This document shows positions 40,645 to 50,353 of a DNA stretch of 64,000 bases, piece after piece. The number at the start of each line of letters is the position of its first letter. Within the stretch, counting starts at the first letter, position 1. The position numbers and the translations under genes are program-made. Under the pieces are notes generated by a model that saw only the letters and a program-made list of their open reading frames with translations, had not been told where the DNA came from and ran no database searches. The stretch is from Phycisphaerae bacterium (GTDB lineage: Bacteria > Planctomycetota > Phycisphaerae > UBA1845): assembly GCA_029260115.1 (NCBI GenBank), contig JAJDDW010000014.1, forward strand, positions 10,069 to 74,068. The letters are read 5' to 3'.

Positions 40645-43600
40645 GCTGATTGCAACCTTTCCGATAAGTCCGTCTCGCGACATGCACGCCATACCTGACG
40701 CAACTGCTTAGTGTCGATTTGAGTGAGCGACCGTACCCAAAAGACCAGTCGGTCATAAGCAGGGTGTCGTTTAATATCTACGTCTAGGCCCAGGCGATCA
40801 ACTTGAGTCGGTGTAAACTGTCCACTCGCAGCTCGCAACTCTACGCGCAATCCTTTGCCCATATTGGTTACTATCTTACCGGCTGGCATCGGCTCACCGG
40901 GCACGGTAAACTGTCCCGCGGTTTTAGACGCCCAGGTAAACTCTACGTCAGACTGCAACGATCTAATTCGCCCCACAAGTGCCATGAGCATGTCAGGTTT
41001 CCAGCTAGCTACTTGCCGAGCCGACATCGACTTCTGTGACAAATGCCAGTTCATACCGAGCGACATCCACGGCTTATCGCTCGTAGGATTGGTCTGTACG
41101 GCTGACAACTTACCCTCGTAAGAAGCGATTGCCTTCTGGAGAAAGGCACGAAACGCAGTCTTTGAGACATCTTTGAAATCTCGAAGGTAAAGCTTAACTT
41201 CCTGCCAGCCGTTGTTGGGCGTGCGAAGGCGCGCGCGATCCCATTGGCCATAAATGGGCAGGTCGCGACGTTCGTCCAAGGATTTAATTTTAAGTTTAGC
41301 TAATTGGGCTGGTGTAAATGTTGCACTAGCTACGCGCAGTGAAACCTCGATTAAATCCTTACTACCAGTGAGAATATGAGCGAACCATGGCGTTGCATCT
41401 GGCGATTTTATTTCGATTCTCGTCCGATGATTCCAATCCGTCGGCGCAAAGTGACCAAGAGACTCGATCGTATTGACCAACCACACGAGCAAGGCTGACT
41501 CCCATTCGCTTGGCAGTCCATTATGGTCCAAATGATCGACCGTATGCCACGCTAGACCATCACGCTGCCAGGGCATTTTCACTTCTTGCCCCAAATCGAT
41601 TTTTTCGGTTTTGGACAGCTCTAGGTTAGCTTGGTCTTTTGCATTATGCGTGGTGCGTTCTTCAAACGGCCCAGCTAGAAGCACGGGCCGTAGCGCCTTG
41701 GCGGTGTGCGATTGTTTATTTTCAACGATCACTTGCGGCGGTCCCTCAACGACAAGCGACCCGCCCTTTTCACCGGCTTCCAGGCCAAGGTCGATAACCC
41801 AGTCCGCAGTCTTTATGACGTCCAAATTATGCTCAATACAGATACACGTATTGCCTAGGTCCACTAGGCGATGCAACACTTGCAACAGTTTTTTCAAATC
41901 GTCGAAGTGCAGCCCGGTCGTGGGTTCATCGAGAATGTACAGCGTCTTACCGGTCGACGGTCGACCTAGTTCCGCCGCTAGCTTAACGCGCTGCGCTTCG
42001 CCCCCAGATAGCGTCGGCGCAGGCTGGCCAATGTGAACATAACCTAAGCCCACGTCATCTAATGTTTGCAACATACGTCGAATTTTCGGTACGGTCACAA
42101 ACAATTCCAAAGCCTGCGACACGCGCATTTCTAACACATCAGCTATGCTCTTGCCACGATACTTCACTTCGAGCGTCTCAGGCACGTATCGCGCACCCTG
42201 ACAATCTTCGCACTCCACCCAGACATCCGGCAAGAAGTGCATTTCGATACACCGCTGCCCCATGCCCTCGCACGCTTCGCACCTTCCGCCAGGCCGATTA
42301 AAGCTAAATCGGCTAGGACGATATCCGCGAATTTTACTCATCGGAAGCTTGGCGAACAGCTCACGCATGGTATCGAAAAGACCAGTGTATGTGCCAGGAT
42401 TACTCGTGGGGCTGTTGCCAATGGGAGATTGATCCACGTTGATAACTTTGTCGATGTGCTCGATGCCCGTGATGCGATCATGGCCTCCTGCAACCAAACG
42501 CGCCCGATGCAATCGCGTAGCTAACGTGTTATACAATACATGAGAGACCAAGCTGCTCTTACCACTACCTGACACGCCTGTGACACATGTCAACCGCCCC
42601 AACGGAAACGATACATCAATCTCCTTGAGATTATGCTCCCGAGCGCCATATACGGTGAGCCAGGCCTGCGCCTCTTTGGATCGCACAACATCAACGATTT
42701 CACCTTCGTCGTCCATGCCAGCGAGGTCTGTGCGCGGCGGTGAAGAAACCGGCCGACGATTGGTCGGCACAGGAATGGAAGCTTTGCCCGAGAGGTACTG
42801 TCCAGTTAGCGATGCTCGGTTCTTGCGAATCGCAGCCACCGTACCGGATGCTGTGACCTCACCACCAAAGATGCCTGCCCCAGGACCAAAGTCGAGCACA
42901 TGGTCGGCCGCTTCGATCATCTCTCGATCGTGTTCGACGATGACCAGCGTATTACCAAGATCGCGCAAACGGCGCAGTGCGGTAGTTAGCCGATGATTGT
43001 CGCGGGGATGCAAGCCTATCGTCGGTTCGTCCAACACATAAAGCACGCCGGTAAGTCCTGTACCGATTTGCGAAGCCAGTTGAATGCGCTGGGATTCACC
43101 GCCGGATAATGTCGAAGCCGTTCGATGTAAATGTACATAGTCCAGCCCGACATCGACCAGAAATCGCAGTCGAGAGGTGATCTCGTGTAACAATTCTCCA
43201 GCTATTTTACGCTTGACCGCTGGCAATTTGAGCTTATCAAACCAAACAAGCGTCTGCGACAAAGGCCAAAGGCAAGCCTCGTGGATAGTGACACTATTGA
43301 CCTGCGTCGCGGCTGGGGCGGCATGAAGTCGCCCTCCCGCACAAGCATCGCAAGGCACGTCGGTGACTAAGTCCTCAAGCCGTTTTCGATATTGCCAACT
43401 CGATCGTGTCGCACGACCAATAGCCGGGAAAAATCCGCGCCAACGAAACCTCAGGCCTACATATTGTGCCTGCGCCGCACGCGACTTTTTCTTTCGGGCT
43501 GGCCCAGTGACAGTCACCCATGTTTCGTCTCCGCCATGCAAGAACGCTAGCTTGTGCTTCTCCGAAAGCTTGTTCCACGGGCAGTGCAAATCAAACTCAA

Positions 43601-45752
43601 CCTGCTCAGCCAGCGCTGACATCATCTCATACAATTGCCCGTCACGAGCAAGTTCGCCCCAACCAGCTATCGCGCCATCTGCAATGGACTGGGTCGGATG
43701 AACGACAATCGCGGCAGGACTAGCCCCTTGCTGCGTGCCAAGTCCCTCGCACGCCTCGCACCAACCCATGCGGCTGTTGAACGAAAAATGATGCGGCGAC
43801 AGTTCATCGTAACTCGTCCCACATTGATCGCAGGCGTGATGCTGGGAATAGCGAAACTCTGTCTCGTTGTTAGCGCGAGTCTTTGCAGTAGGCTTTTTAT
43901 CATCGACCAATTGAATCTGCATGACGCCGCTGCCCAAGGCTAACGCCTGCTCGATGCTATCGGTAATGCGAGAGGCCTGTGCCGCCCGAATAATGACGCG
44001 GTCCACGACGACTTCTACTCGATGGTCGCGCTTTTTATCAATGGCAATGGTTTCGCTAAGTTCATGTAGCGCGCCATCTACCCGCACCCGGCCGTAACCT
44101 TGACTGCGGAGTCGCTGAAAAAAGGATTCGTATGTTTCGCTACCCAGCGGTGCTATCGGCGACAATAACAAAGCCCGACGCCCGTTACCTAACTGCAAAA
44201 CTTTCTCAGCTATCTCATCACTAGATTGTGTACCGATGGGCACTTTACATTGTGGGCAAAACGCCTGGCCAATGCGGGTCCACAAAATGCGCATGTAATC
44301 GTAGACTTCTGTTATCGTGCCTACGGTAGATCGCGGTGATTTGCTGGTCGTTTTTCGCTCAATGCAGATAGACGGAGATAGGCCTTCCACATGATCTACG
44401 CGCGGCGGCTGAAGACGGCTCAAAAACTGTCTGGCGTACGAACTTAATGACTCGACATAGCGCCGCTGCCCCTCGGCATAAAGCGTATCAATCGAAAAAC
44501 TCGTTTTACCGCTACCACTAGGACCACTGCAAACCGTCGTTTTGTTTCGAGGAATCGTCACGTCTATATTTTTGAGATTGTGCTCACGCGCGCCAACTAC
44601 GCTAATGACCGTTTCTTTACGATGACGAGCCGCGGGCTTCAGCCCGCGCGGAGTTACGGTTTTTTTGCATGCTGCACTAACCTCAAGATTATCAAACATG
44701 TCTCGCAGCACCGCCCCCGTAGGCGACCGCTTCGACTTAGACACCCGCTTCGGCGTACCCTCAGCCACAATGCGCCCACCACCCGCCCCGCCTTCTGGAC
44801 CTAGGTCAATCAACCAATCCGCCGTCTTAATAACATCAAGGTTATGCTCGATCACCACAACGCTATTTCCTGATTCCACAAACCCGTGCAGCACCGCTAA
44901 GAGTTTCTTAATATCGTGAAAATGCAGGCCGGTAGTCGGCTCGTCAAGAATATACAAAGTCCGTCCTGTAGCCCGCTTCACTAACTCGCGAGCAAGTTTA
45001 ATACGCTGTGCCTCACCGCCGGAAAGCGTCGGCGAAGGCTGACCGAGCTTGAGATAATCCAACCCCACATCGTGCAGCGTCTGCAACATACGAGCAATTT
45101 TTGGCACATTGGCAAAGTGGGCCAAGGCCTCCTGCACATCCATCTCAAGCACGTCCGCAATGCTCTTACCTTTGAACTGGATTTGCAGCGTCTCGCGATT
45201 AAATCGATGCCCGCGACATATCTGGCATGTCACCCATATGTCAGCGAGAAAATCCATCTCCATGCGATGGCTGCCATTACCCTCACACGCTTCGCATCGA
45301 CCGCCACCAGCTTTCCCCGTGTGCACATTAAAGCTAAACCGTCCAGGCTTATAGCCTCGAACTTTGGCGTCAGTGAGCTTGGTATACAACGTCCGTATTT
45401 CATCGAATGCTTTGATATAAGTAGCCGGGTTAGAACGCGGCGTGCGACCGATGGGGCTTTGGTCTATAGCGATAACCTTATCCAAATGCGCTACGCCATC
45501 AATGTGGCTATGCAAACCAGGGCGAACTTTTATGGCTCCATTTAGATCACGGGCTAATGACTCCCACAAAATATCATTCACCAGCGAACTCTTACCCGAA
45601 CCCGACACGCCAGTCACACAAACAAACCGCTCAAGCGGAATGTCCACATCTATGTCGCGCAGGTTGTTATGTCGCGCCCCCACGACCGTTAGCCAAGGAC
45701 AATCCTCGCCGGGTGAACGAGGCTGAAGCTGAGTATTGCGCTTCGCCGTCAT
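40641..45752 (-). CDS. uvrA: UvrA C-terminal ABC module fused to a second complete UvrA unit and a ~335-aa duplicated C-terminal domain (1703 aa)
   Basis: aa 1-350 align to E. coli UvrA 606-940 (LTVVGARHNNL…VTGVSGSGKSSLVND…LSGGEAQRIKLAREL…ILDEPTTGLHFHDI). A second unit follows: N-module (VVGAREHNLKNIDVTIP…SGSGKTSFSIDTLYAEGQRRYVESLSSYARQF…LSGGESQRIQLASQIG…VLDEPTIGLH) then C-module (LTVYGAREHNLKEIDVSF…LSGGEAQRVKLAAEL…ILDEPTTGLHFDDL). A C-terminal domain with no recognisable family ends the protein. Confidence 0.85.
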   Translation of the reverse strand: MTAKRNTQLQPRSPGEDCPWLTVVGARHNNLRDIDVDIPLERFVCVTGVSGSGKSSLVNDILWESLARDLNGAIKVRPGLHSHIDGVAHLDKVIAIDQSPIGRTPRSNPATYIKAFDEIRTLYTKLTDAKVRGYKPGRFSFNVHTGKAGGGRCEACEGNGSHRMEMDFLADIWVTCQICRGHRFNRETLQIQFKGKSIADVLEMDVQEALAHFANVPKIARMLQTLHDVGLDYLKLGQPSPTLSGGEAQRIKLARELVKRATGRTLYILDEPTTGLHFHDIKKLLAVLHGFVESGNSVVVIEHNLDVIKTADWLIDLGPEGGAGGGRIVAEGTPKRVSKSKRSPTGAVLRDMFDNLEVSAACKKTVTPRGLKPAARHRKETVISVVGAREHNLKNIDVTIPRNKTTVCSGPSGSGKTSFSIDTLYAEGQRRYVESLSSYARQFLSRLQPPRVDHVEGLSPSICIERKTTSKSPRSTVGTITEVYDYMRILWTRIGQAFCPQCKVPIGTQSSDEIAEKVLQLGNGRRALLLSPIAPLGSETYESFFQRLRSQGYGRVRVDGALHELSETIAIDKKRDHRVEVVVDRVIIRAAQASRITDSIEQALALGSGVMQIQLVDDKKPTAKTRANNETEFRYSQHHACDQCGTSYDELSPHHFSFNSRMGWCEACEGLGTQQGASPAAIVVHPTQSIADGAIAGWGELARDGQLYEMMSALAEQVEFDLHCPWNKLSEKHKLAFLHGGDETWVTVTGPARKKKSRAAQAQYVGLRFRWRGFFPAIGRATRSSWQYRKRLEDLVTDVPCDACAGGRLHAAPAATQVNSVTIHEACLWPLSQTLVWFDKLKLPAVKRKIAGELLHEITSRLRFLVDVGLDYVHLHRTASTLSGGESQRIQLASQIGTGLTGVLYVLDEPTIGLHPRDNHRLTTALRRLRDLGNTLVIVEHDREMIEAADHVLDFGPGAGIFGGEVTASGTVAAIRKNRASLTGQYLSGKASIPVPTNRRPVSSPPRTDLAGMDDEGEIVDVVRSKEAQAWLTVYGAREHNLKEIDVSFPLGRLTCVTGVSGSGKSSLVSHVLYNTLATRLHRARLVAGGHDRITGIEHIDKVINVDQSPIGNSPTSNPGTYTGLFDTMRELFAKLPMSKIRGYRPSRFSFNRPGGRCEACEGMGQRCIEMHFLPDVWVECEDCQGARYVPETLEVKYRGKSIADVLEMRVSQALELFVTVPKIRRMLQTLDDVGLGYVHIGQPAPTLSGGEAQRVKLAAELGRPSTGKTLYILDEPTTGLHFDDLKKLLQVLHRLVDLGNTCICIEHNLDVIKTADWVIDLGLEAGEKGGSLVVEGPPQVIVENKQSHTAKALRPVLLAGPFEERTTHNAKDQANLELSKTEKIDLGQEVKMPWQRDGLAWHTVDHLDHNGLPSEWESALLVWLVNTIESLGHFAPTDWNHRTRIEIKSPDATPWFAHILTGSKDLIEVSLRVASATFTPAQLAKLKIKSLDERRDLPIYGQWDRARLRTPNNGWQEVKLYLRDFKDVSKTAFRAFLQKAIASYEGKLSAVQTNPTSDKPWMSLGMNWHLSQKSMSARQVASWKPDMLMALVGRIRSLQSDVEFTWASKTAGQFTVPGEPMPAGKIVTNMGKGLRVELRAASGQFTPTQVDRLGLDVDIKRHPAYDRLVFWVRSLTQIDTKQLRQVWRACRETDLSERLQSA

Positions 45753-47770
45753 CGCTTCGCCGCCTTCGCTTTAGCTTTAGTTTTAGTTTTCTTGATAGCC
45801 GGCTTTTTTCGCTTGACCACAGGGCGACGCGTAACAGGAATCTCGATACGTTCCTCACCGCGCAGATATTTACCCGTAAGAGATGTTTTCGACCGCATAA
45901 TCGTTTGCAGGTTTCCGTGAGCCATAACCTTCCCACCGCGCACGCCTGGACCAGGGCCAAAATCCACGATTTCGTCGGCGAGCCTCATCGTCTGCTCGTC
46001 GTGCTCTACCACGATAACCGTATTACCCATGTCACGGAGCTGGCACAGCGATTTCAACAGTCGATCATTATCTCGTGCATGTAGGCCAATACTTGGCTCA
46101 TCTAAAATATAAAGCACACCCACCAAACCCGCGCCAATCTGTGAAGCTAGGCGGATACGCTGCGACTCACCACCGGAAAGCGTCGGAGCCGTGCGTTCCA
46201 GCGTGAGATATTCTAACCCCACGTCACAAAGAAAACCCAACCGGCCTACAACTTCCTTCAACGCTTCCACGGCTATGAACTGCTGCGTTTGACTAAGCTT
46301 GAGTTTACTGAAAAATTCCCGGACATCGTTGATTGCTAAGCCCGACACTTCGTTGATATTAAGCCCGCCAAGTCGCACGGCTAAAGCCTGCGTATTCAGT
46401 CGCCCGCCTTGGCAATCAGGACACTGCCGACGCTGCATGTATTTTTCGTAATACGCGCGAACCATACTAGATTTAGCTTTGCGATGTTTATCTCGCAGGT
46501 CCGCGATGATACCATCAAACGTCGCGCCATGACGCCAGACCCCGCCTGACCAACGCCATTCAAAAGCAATATGTGTTTCACCTAGCCCATGAAGCAACGC
46601 ATCTTTCGCTTTTTGAGGAAGCTTAACCCACGGCGTCTTGAGATCGAAGCCGACATGCGCGGCTACACCTCGATATATATGGCGACGCCATCGACCGATT
46701 CTGGTTCGCATGGGTTGTATCGCGAGTTTCAAGAAAGATTTCTTCGGGTCGGGCACAAGCAATTCGGGATCAAAGTCAAACGTCTCCCCCATACCATCGC
46801 ACGTCGGACACATGCCCGACGGCGCGTTAAAACTCAGCAACTGCGGCGTCGGCGGCTCAAAACTCAGATTACACTTCGTACATGCATAATGAGATGACAA
46901 CAATATGTCGCTATCGGCATCTTTTGCAGATACGCGCTTAGATCGCTTGACTGTTTTAGTTTTCCCTTGGACAGCCTTGTCGATCAAGCTCGAAGCCACA
47001 GACTTGGACGAGTCCACGATTTGAACGATCAACGTACCATCACCCATCTTCAACGCCGCTTCAACAGCCTCCGCCAGTCGCGGACGCAGCGTAGCCGTCA
47101 TAACAAGTCGATCAATCACAACCTCAATATAGTGTCTGATATGACGGGCTAGCTTGGGCGCATCTGTGAGCGACACAACTTCGCCATCAACCCGCGCTCG
47201 CGCGTATCCCTGCCGAATCATATCTTCAAAAAGGTCTTTATATTCACCCTTCTGCCCTCTAATAACCGGCGCCAGGATCAGAAATTTGGTTTGCTTGGGG
47301 ATCGCCAAAATACGCGCGATTATTTGCTCACGACTCTGAGCAGAAATAACTTGCCCGCAGCCAGGGCAATGCTGCGTCCCCACCCGAGCGAAAAGCACGC
47401 GCAGATAATCATTAATCTGCGTGATCGTACCGACCGTACTACGCGGGTTCCAGCCGGAGGACTTTTGCTGAATCGAAATCGCAGGACTAAGCCCCGTGAT
47501 CTGATCGACGTCCGGCTTGGGCAATTGCCCCAGAAACTGCCGCGCGTAAGAACTCAGCGATTCGAGATAGCGGCGTTGACCTTCGGCGAAGAGTGTATCG
47601 AATGCGAAACTGCTTTTGCCGCTACCCGATACACCGGTCAGGCAGATCAGCTGGCCGCGTGGTAGCTTGAGCGAAACATTGCGAAGATTGTGCTCCCGAG
47701 CACCCTTAACTGTAATCGTTTTCGGTTCCATGCGATTAGCATTGGCTAGCCCAAAAATGCCACGCGACAA
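45749..47770 (-). CDS. uvrA: UvrA N-terminal ABC module (signature domain I with UvrB-binding and insertion domains), separate ORF
   Basis: 673 aa aligning to E. coli UvrA 1-605 (ITVKGAREHNLRNVSL…TGVSGSGKSSFAFDTLFAEGQRRYLESLSSYARQF…LSGGESQRIRLASQIGAGLVGVLYILDEPSIGLHARDN). It ends in a Lys-rich tail. Its stop overlaps the next ORF's ATG (ATGA at 45749-45752). Confidence 0.88.
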   Translation of the reverse strand: MSRGIFGLANANRMEPKTITVKGAREHNLRNVSLKLPRGQLICLTGVSGSGKSSFAFDTLFAEGQRRYLESLSSYARQFLGQLPKPDVDQITGLSPAISIQQKSSGWNPRSTVGTITQINDYLRVLFARVGTQHCPGCGQVISAQSREQIIARILAIPKQTKFLILAPVIRGQKGEYKDLFEDMIRQGYARARVDGEVVSLTDAPKLARHIRHYIEVVIDRLVMTATLRPRLAEAVEAALKMGDGTLIVQIVDSSKSVASSLIDKAVQGKTKTVKRSKRVSAKDADSDILLSSHYACTKCNLSFEPPTPQLLSFNAPSGMCPTCDGMGETFDFDPELLVPDPKKSFLKLAIQPMRTRIGRWRRHIYRGVAAHVGFDLKTPWVKLPQKAKDALLHGLGETHIAFEWRWSGGVWRHGATFDGIIADLRDKHRKAKSSMVRAYYEKYMQRRQCPDCQGGRLNTQALAVRLGGLNINEVSGLAINDVREFFSKLKLSQTQQFIAVEALKEVVGRLGFLCDVGLEYLTLERTAPTLSGGESQRIRLASQIGAGLVGVLYILDEPSIGLHARDNDRLLKSLCQLRDMGNTVIVVEHDEQTMRLADEIVDFGPGPGVRGGKVMAHGNLQTIMRSKTSLTGKYLRGEERIEIPVTRRPVVKRKKPAIKKTKTKAKAKAAKR

Positions 47771-47796
47771 CGGTCAAGCTGACATGGCGCGCAAAA

Positions 47797-48438
47797 TCAT
47801 TTCGTCGTTGTCTTAGACGCAGTTAATTTATCCAGTGATCGCACCGTCGGCGCAAATTCCAATCGATCTACACGCCAATGCTTGTTTTCTTGTACCATTG
47901 ATAACACCAGCACAACGGCCGCATTCGGATCGCCATTCGGGTCATCCAAATTAATCAAAATCTTACATTCCATCACGCCATCATCCGCCCCGGCCATCTG
48001 ACGTAAACCGCGCTGAATCAATCGAGTTTCCATTGGCTCAAGCGACGAGCCGATATCACCGACATATTGACCAATTGTCGGCGACCAAAGATGAACCACC
48101 CGATATAGCAACTCATCACGCGTCAAAATACCAGGCAGCCTAGAAACAATTGCATCAGGCGCGCAGACATCAAACTCAATATGTAGCGCTGCCGCACGAT
48201 CCTTCGGCGTAGCCGCGAGAAAATCTTCCTTAAGCGCCCGCAACAGTACAAACGCAACCTGCTTAGGGGTTGCGCTTTCGTCTAGCACCTGACCAAAATG
48301 CGTTACCGTCTTAACTTGCACATTTTCTGGAATATCGTGACCAGCCAAACGAACGTCTCGGCTGCATGAACTCCCAACAAAAAGCAAGAATAGACCCAAT
48401 GACCCAGTGATTAATCGTTCTTTATACATAGTTTCCAA
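47797..48438 (-). CDS. Hypothetical lipoprotein, first gene of the uvrA operon
   Basis: 213 aa. Signal peptide LGLFLLFVGSSCS with a lipobox-like Cys, 26 nt upstream of the uvrA N-half gene. Confidence 0.5.
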   Translation of the reverse strand: METMYKERLITGSLGLFLLFVGSSCSRDVRLAGHDIPENVQVKTVTHFGQVLDESATPKQVAFVLLRALKEDFLAATPKDRAAALHIEFDVCAPDAIVSRLPGILTRDELLYRVVHLWSPTIGQYVGDIGSSLEPMETRLIQRGLRQMAGADDGVMECKILINLDDPNGDPNAAVVLVLSMVQENKHWRVDRLEFAPTVRSLDKLTASKTTTK

Positions 48439-48541
48439 AGCTTACCCGCCTATCCCTACGTTGCCAACTACCGCCATCCTTGTCGGCCAACCAAGAGATA
48501 GTTACAATACGCTCCGGAACCTTCATAAGGACGCCTCAAGC

Positions 48542-49063
48542 ATGCCGGAATTCAACACAAACCTCTGGGCACCCTGGCGCATGGAGTACATCCGCTCGCT
48601 CGACCAAGAAAGCCAAGACGACGGATGCTTCCTGTGCAACTATTGGGCACATCCCGAGCAAGACTGTGAAAACCATGTCATCTGGCGCGACGAAAACGCC
48701 TATGTGGTCATGAACCGCTTCCCATACACCAATGGCCACCTGCTAATCGCCCATGCGGGGCATAAAGGGGATATCACCGAGCTATCTTCAGACGAGTTTG
48801 CTGAAATGGGCCAACTCATTCGCGCCTGCGTAGCATTACTACGGGCCAGTGTGAACGCGCAAGGCTTTAACATCGGTTACAATCTCGGACAATGTGCCGG
48901 CGCGGGACTACCAGGCCATCTTCACGCCCACGTCGTACCCCGCTGGTCTGGCGATACCAACTTCATGGCTGTCCTAGGTGAATCCCGTGTCATCCCCGAT
49001 GCCCTCGACGCCATGCACAAACAACTGATTGACGCGATCGTCGAAACCAATCCTTTTTCTTAA
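48542..49063 (+). CDS. HIT-family nucleotide hydrolase/transferase
   Basis: LWAPWRMEYI, and the histidine triad HLHAHVVPR. The ATG at 48542 avoids overlap with the divergent lipoprotein gene. The longer 48407 ORF start is unlikely. Confidence 0.8.
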   Translation: MPEFNTNLWAPWRMEYIRSLDQESQDDGCFLCNYWAHPEQDCENHVIWRDENAYVVMNRFPYTNGHLLIAHAGHKGDITELSSDEFAEMGQLIRACVALLRASVNAQGFNIGYNLGQCAGAGLPGHLHAHVVPRWSGDTNFMAVLGESRVIPDALDAMHKQLIDAIVETNPFS

Positions 49064-49086
49064 AAACCCAGCCACATGCCAATCCC

Positions 49087-50196
49087 GTGACAAATAACAC
49101 GCCCGCATCATCATTGGCTGCTTACGCGACGTTACCACCGACTGGCACGTCGCGCGCTCATCGAGAAACTGGTAAACCTTGGCTCGATCCCTTCGAGTTA
49201 GACCGACATCGCATCATCGCATCAACATCATTTCGCCGTCTCGAAGGCAAGTCGCAGGTATTCGCACCTGACTTCCACGACCATTTTCGCACCCGCCTAA
49301 CCCACACCATCGAAGCGGCCCACATTGCACGCATGTTAGCCAGGGCATTAGGCGCAAACGAATCATTGGCTGAAGTCATCACACTCGCCCACGACCTCGG
49401 CCATCCGCCATTTGGCCACGCCGGCGAAGCTGCCTTACAAGACATGATGCGCGACCACGACGGCTTCAATCACAACGCCCACTCAGTGCGCGTAGTCGAT
49501 TACCTGGAGCATCCATTCCCCCAGTTCCGCGGATTAAATCTCACCCAAGCGACGCTAGCTGGCCTAGCAGCACACGCAACACCTTACGATAAGCCAGACG
49601 CGCAAGCGCCCCCACCATCGATAGAATCACAAATAGTCTCCTTGGCTGATCGGATTGCTTACAATACGCACGATGCAGAAGACGCGCTCGGCGCGGGCAT
49701 GATCGACACGCAGCAGCTCGACGGCCTTGCCCTCTGGCAAGCAGCCTGCCATCGCACCGATGTAGGACCAATCAACCAGGCCAATGTTTTCACCCTGCGA
49801 CGAACGGTGTTTGATGCCATCCTGCAGGACACCATTGAAGACGTCGTAACTACAACGCTCGATCAGTTACAAAAAGAAGAGCCAGACAAGCACACATCCT
49901 TTGCCCCGTGCGTAATGATGTCAGCAGAAATGCTGCAGCGATTTGAGAATTTAGAGCAGTTCCTTCAAATCAACATCTATAACCACGTAGATGTAGCCCG
50001 CGTGGACGGGGAGGGCCAGGCAATAGTACGCAACCTCTTCACCACACTATGCAGCGACCCAAAAAAATTACCGCCAAGATTTCTAGCCCGCGTCGAAGAC
50101 CAAGGCCATCATCGCGTAGTTTGCGACTACCTAGCCGGTATGAGCAACCGCTTCTGCAAGAAGCAACACGAGCGCCTGACCGCCACAAGCACCTAA
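49087..50196 (+). CDS. dGTPase-like HD-domain triphosphohydrolase
   Basis: RLTHTIEAAHIARMLA…LAHDLGHPPFGHAGE…LADRIAYNTHDAEDA, the Dgt family HD motif. Confidence 0.85.
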   Translation: MTNNTPASSLAAYATLPPTGTSRAHRETGKPWLDPFELDRHRIIASTSFRRLEGKSQVFAPDFHDHFRTRLTHTIEAAHIARMLARALGANESLAEVITLAHDLGHPPFGHAGEAALQDMMRDHDGFNHNAHSVRVVDYLEHPFPQFRGLNLTQATLAGLAAHATPYDKPDAQAPPPSIESQIVSLADRIAYNTHDAEDALGAGMIDTQQLDGLALWQAACHRTDVGPINQANVFTLRRTVFDAILQDTIEDVVTTTLDQLQKEEPDKHTSFAPCVMMSAEMLQRFENLEQFLQINIYNHVDVARVDGEGQAIVRNLFTTLCSDPKKLPPRFLARVEDQGHHRVVCDYLAGMSNRFCKKQHERLTATST

Positions 50197-50353
50197 CCCC
50201 AGACCATCTTTATACGTATCGCGATAAAACCACTTCCGACAGAACCGCGCCTGAAAGGAAACGGCCTCCAGCTTAACCAGCATCACGAACGATTGGACGC
50301 TATCAGAGCCGCAAGGCGCAAGCCTGCGGACATGCCTTACAAGGTTCGTGAGC

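Noticed and set aside
41611-45545. Multiple 60-160-aa plus-strand ORFs within the uvrA region (e.g. 41611-42036, 42580-42996, 45072-45545)
   Set aside because: All lie antisense inside the continuous, motif-rich UvrA reading frame. They are Arg/Ser-rich GC-frame artefacts.
48407-48541. Extended 5' end of the HIT gene
   Set aside because: It would overlap the divergent lipoprotein gene 47797-48438 by 32 nt on the opposite strand. The HIT-family homology only begins at the Met at 48542.
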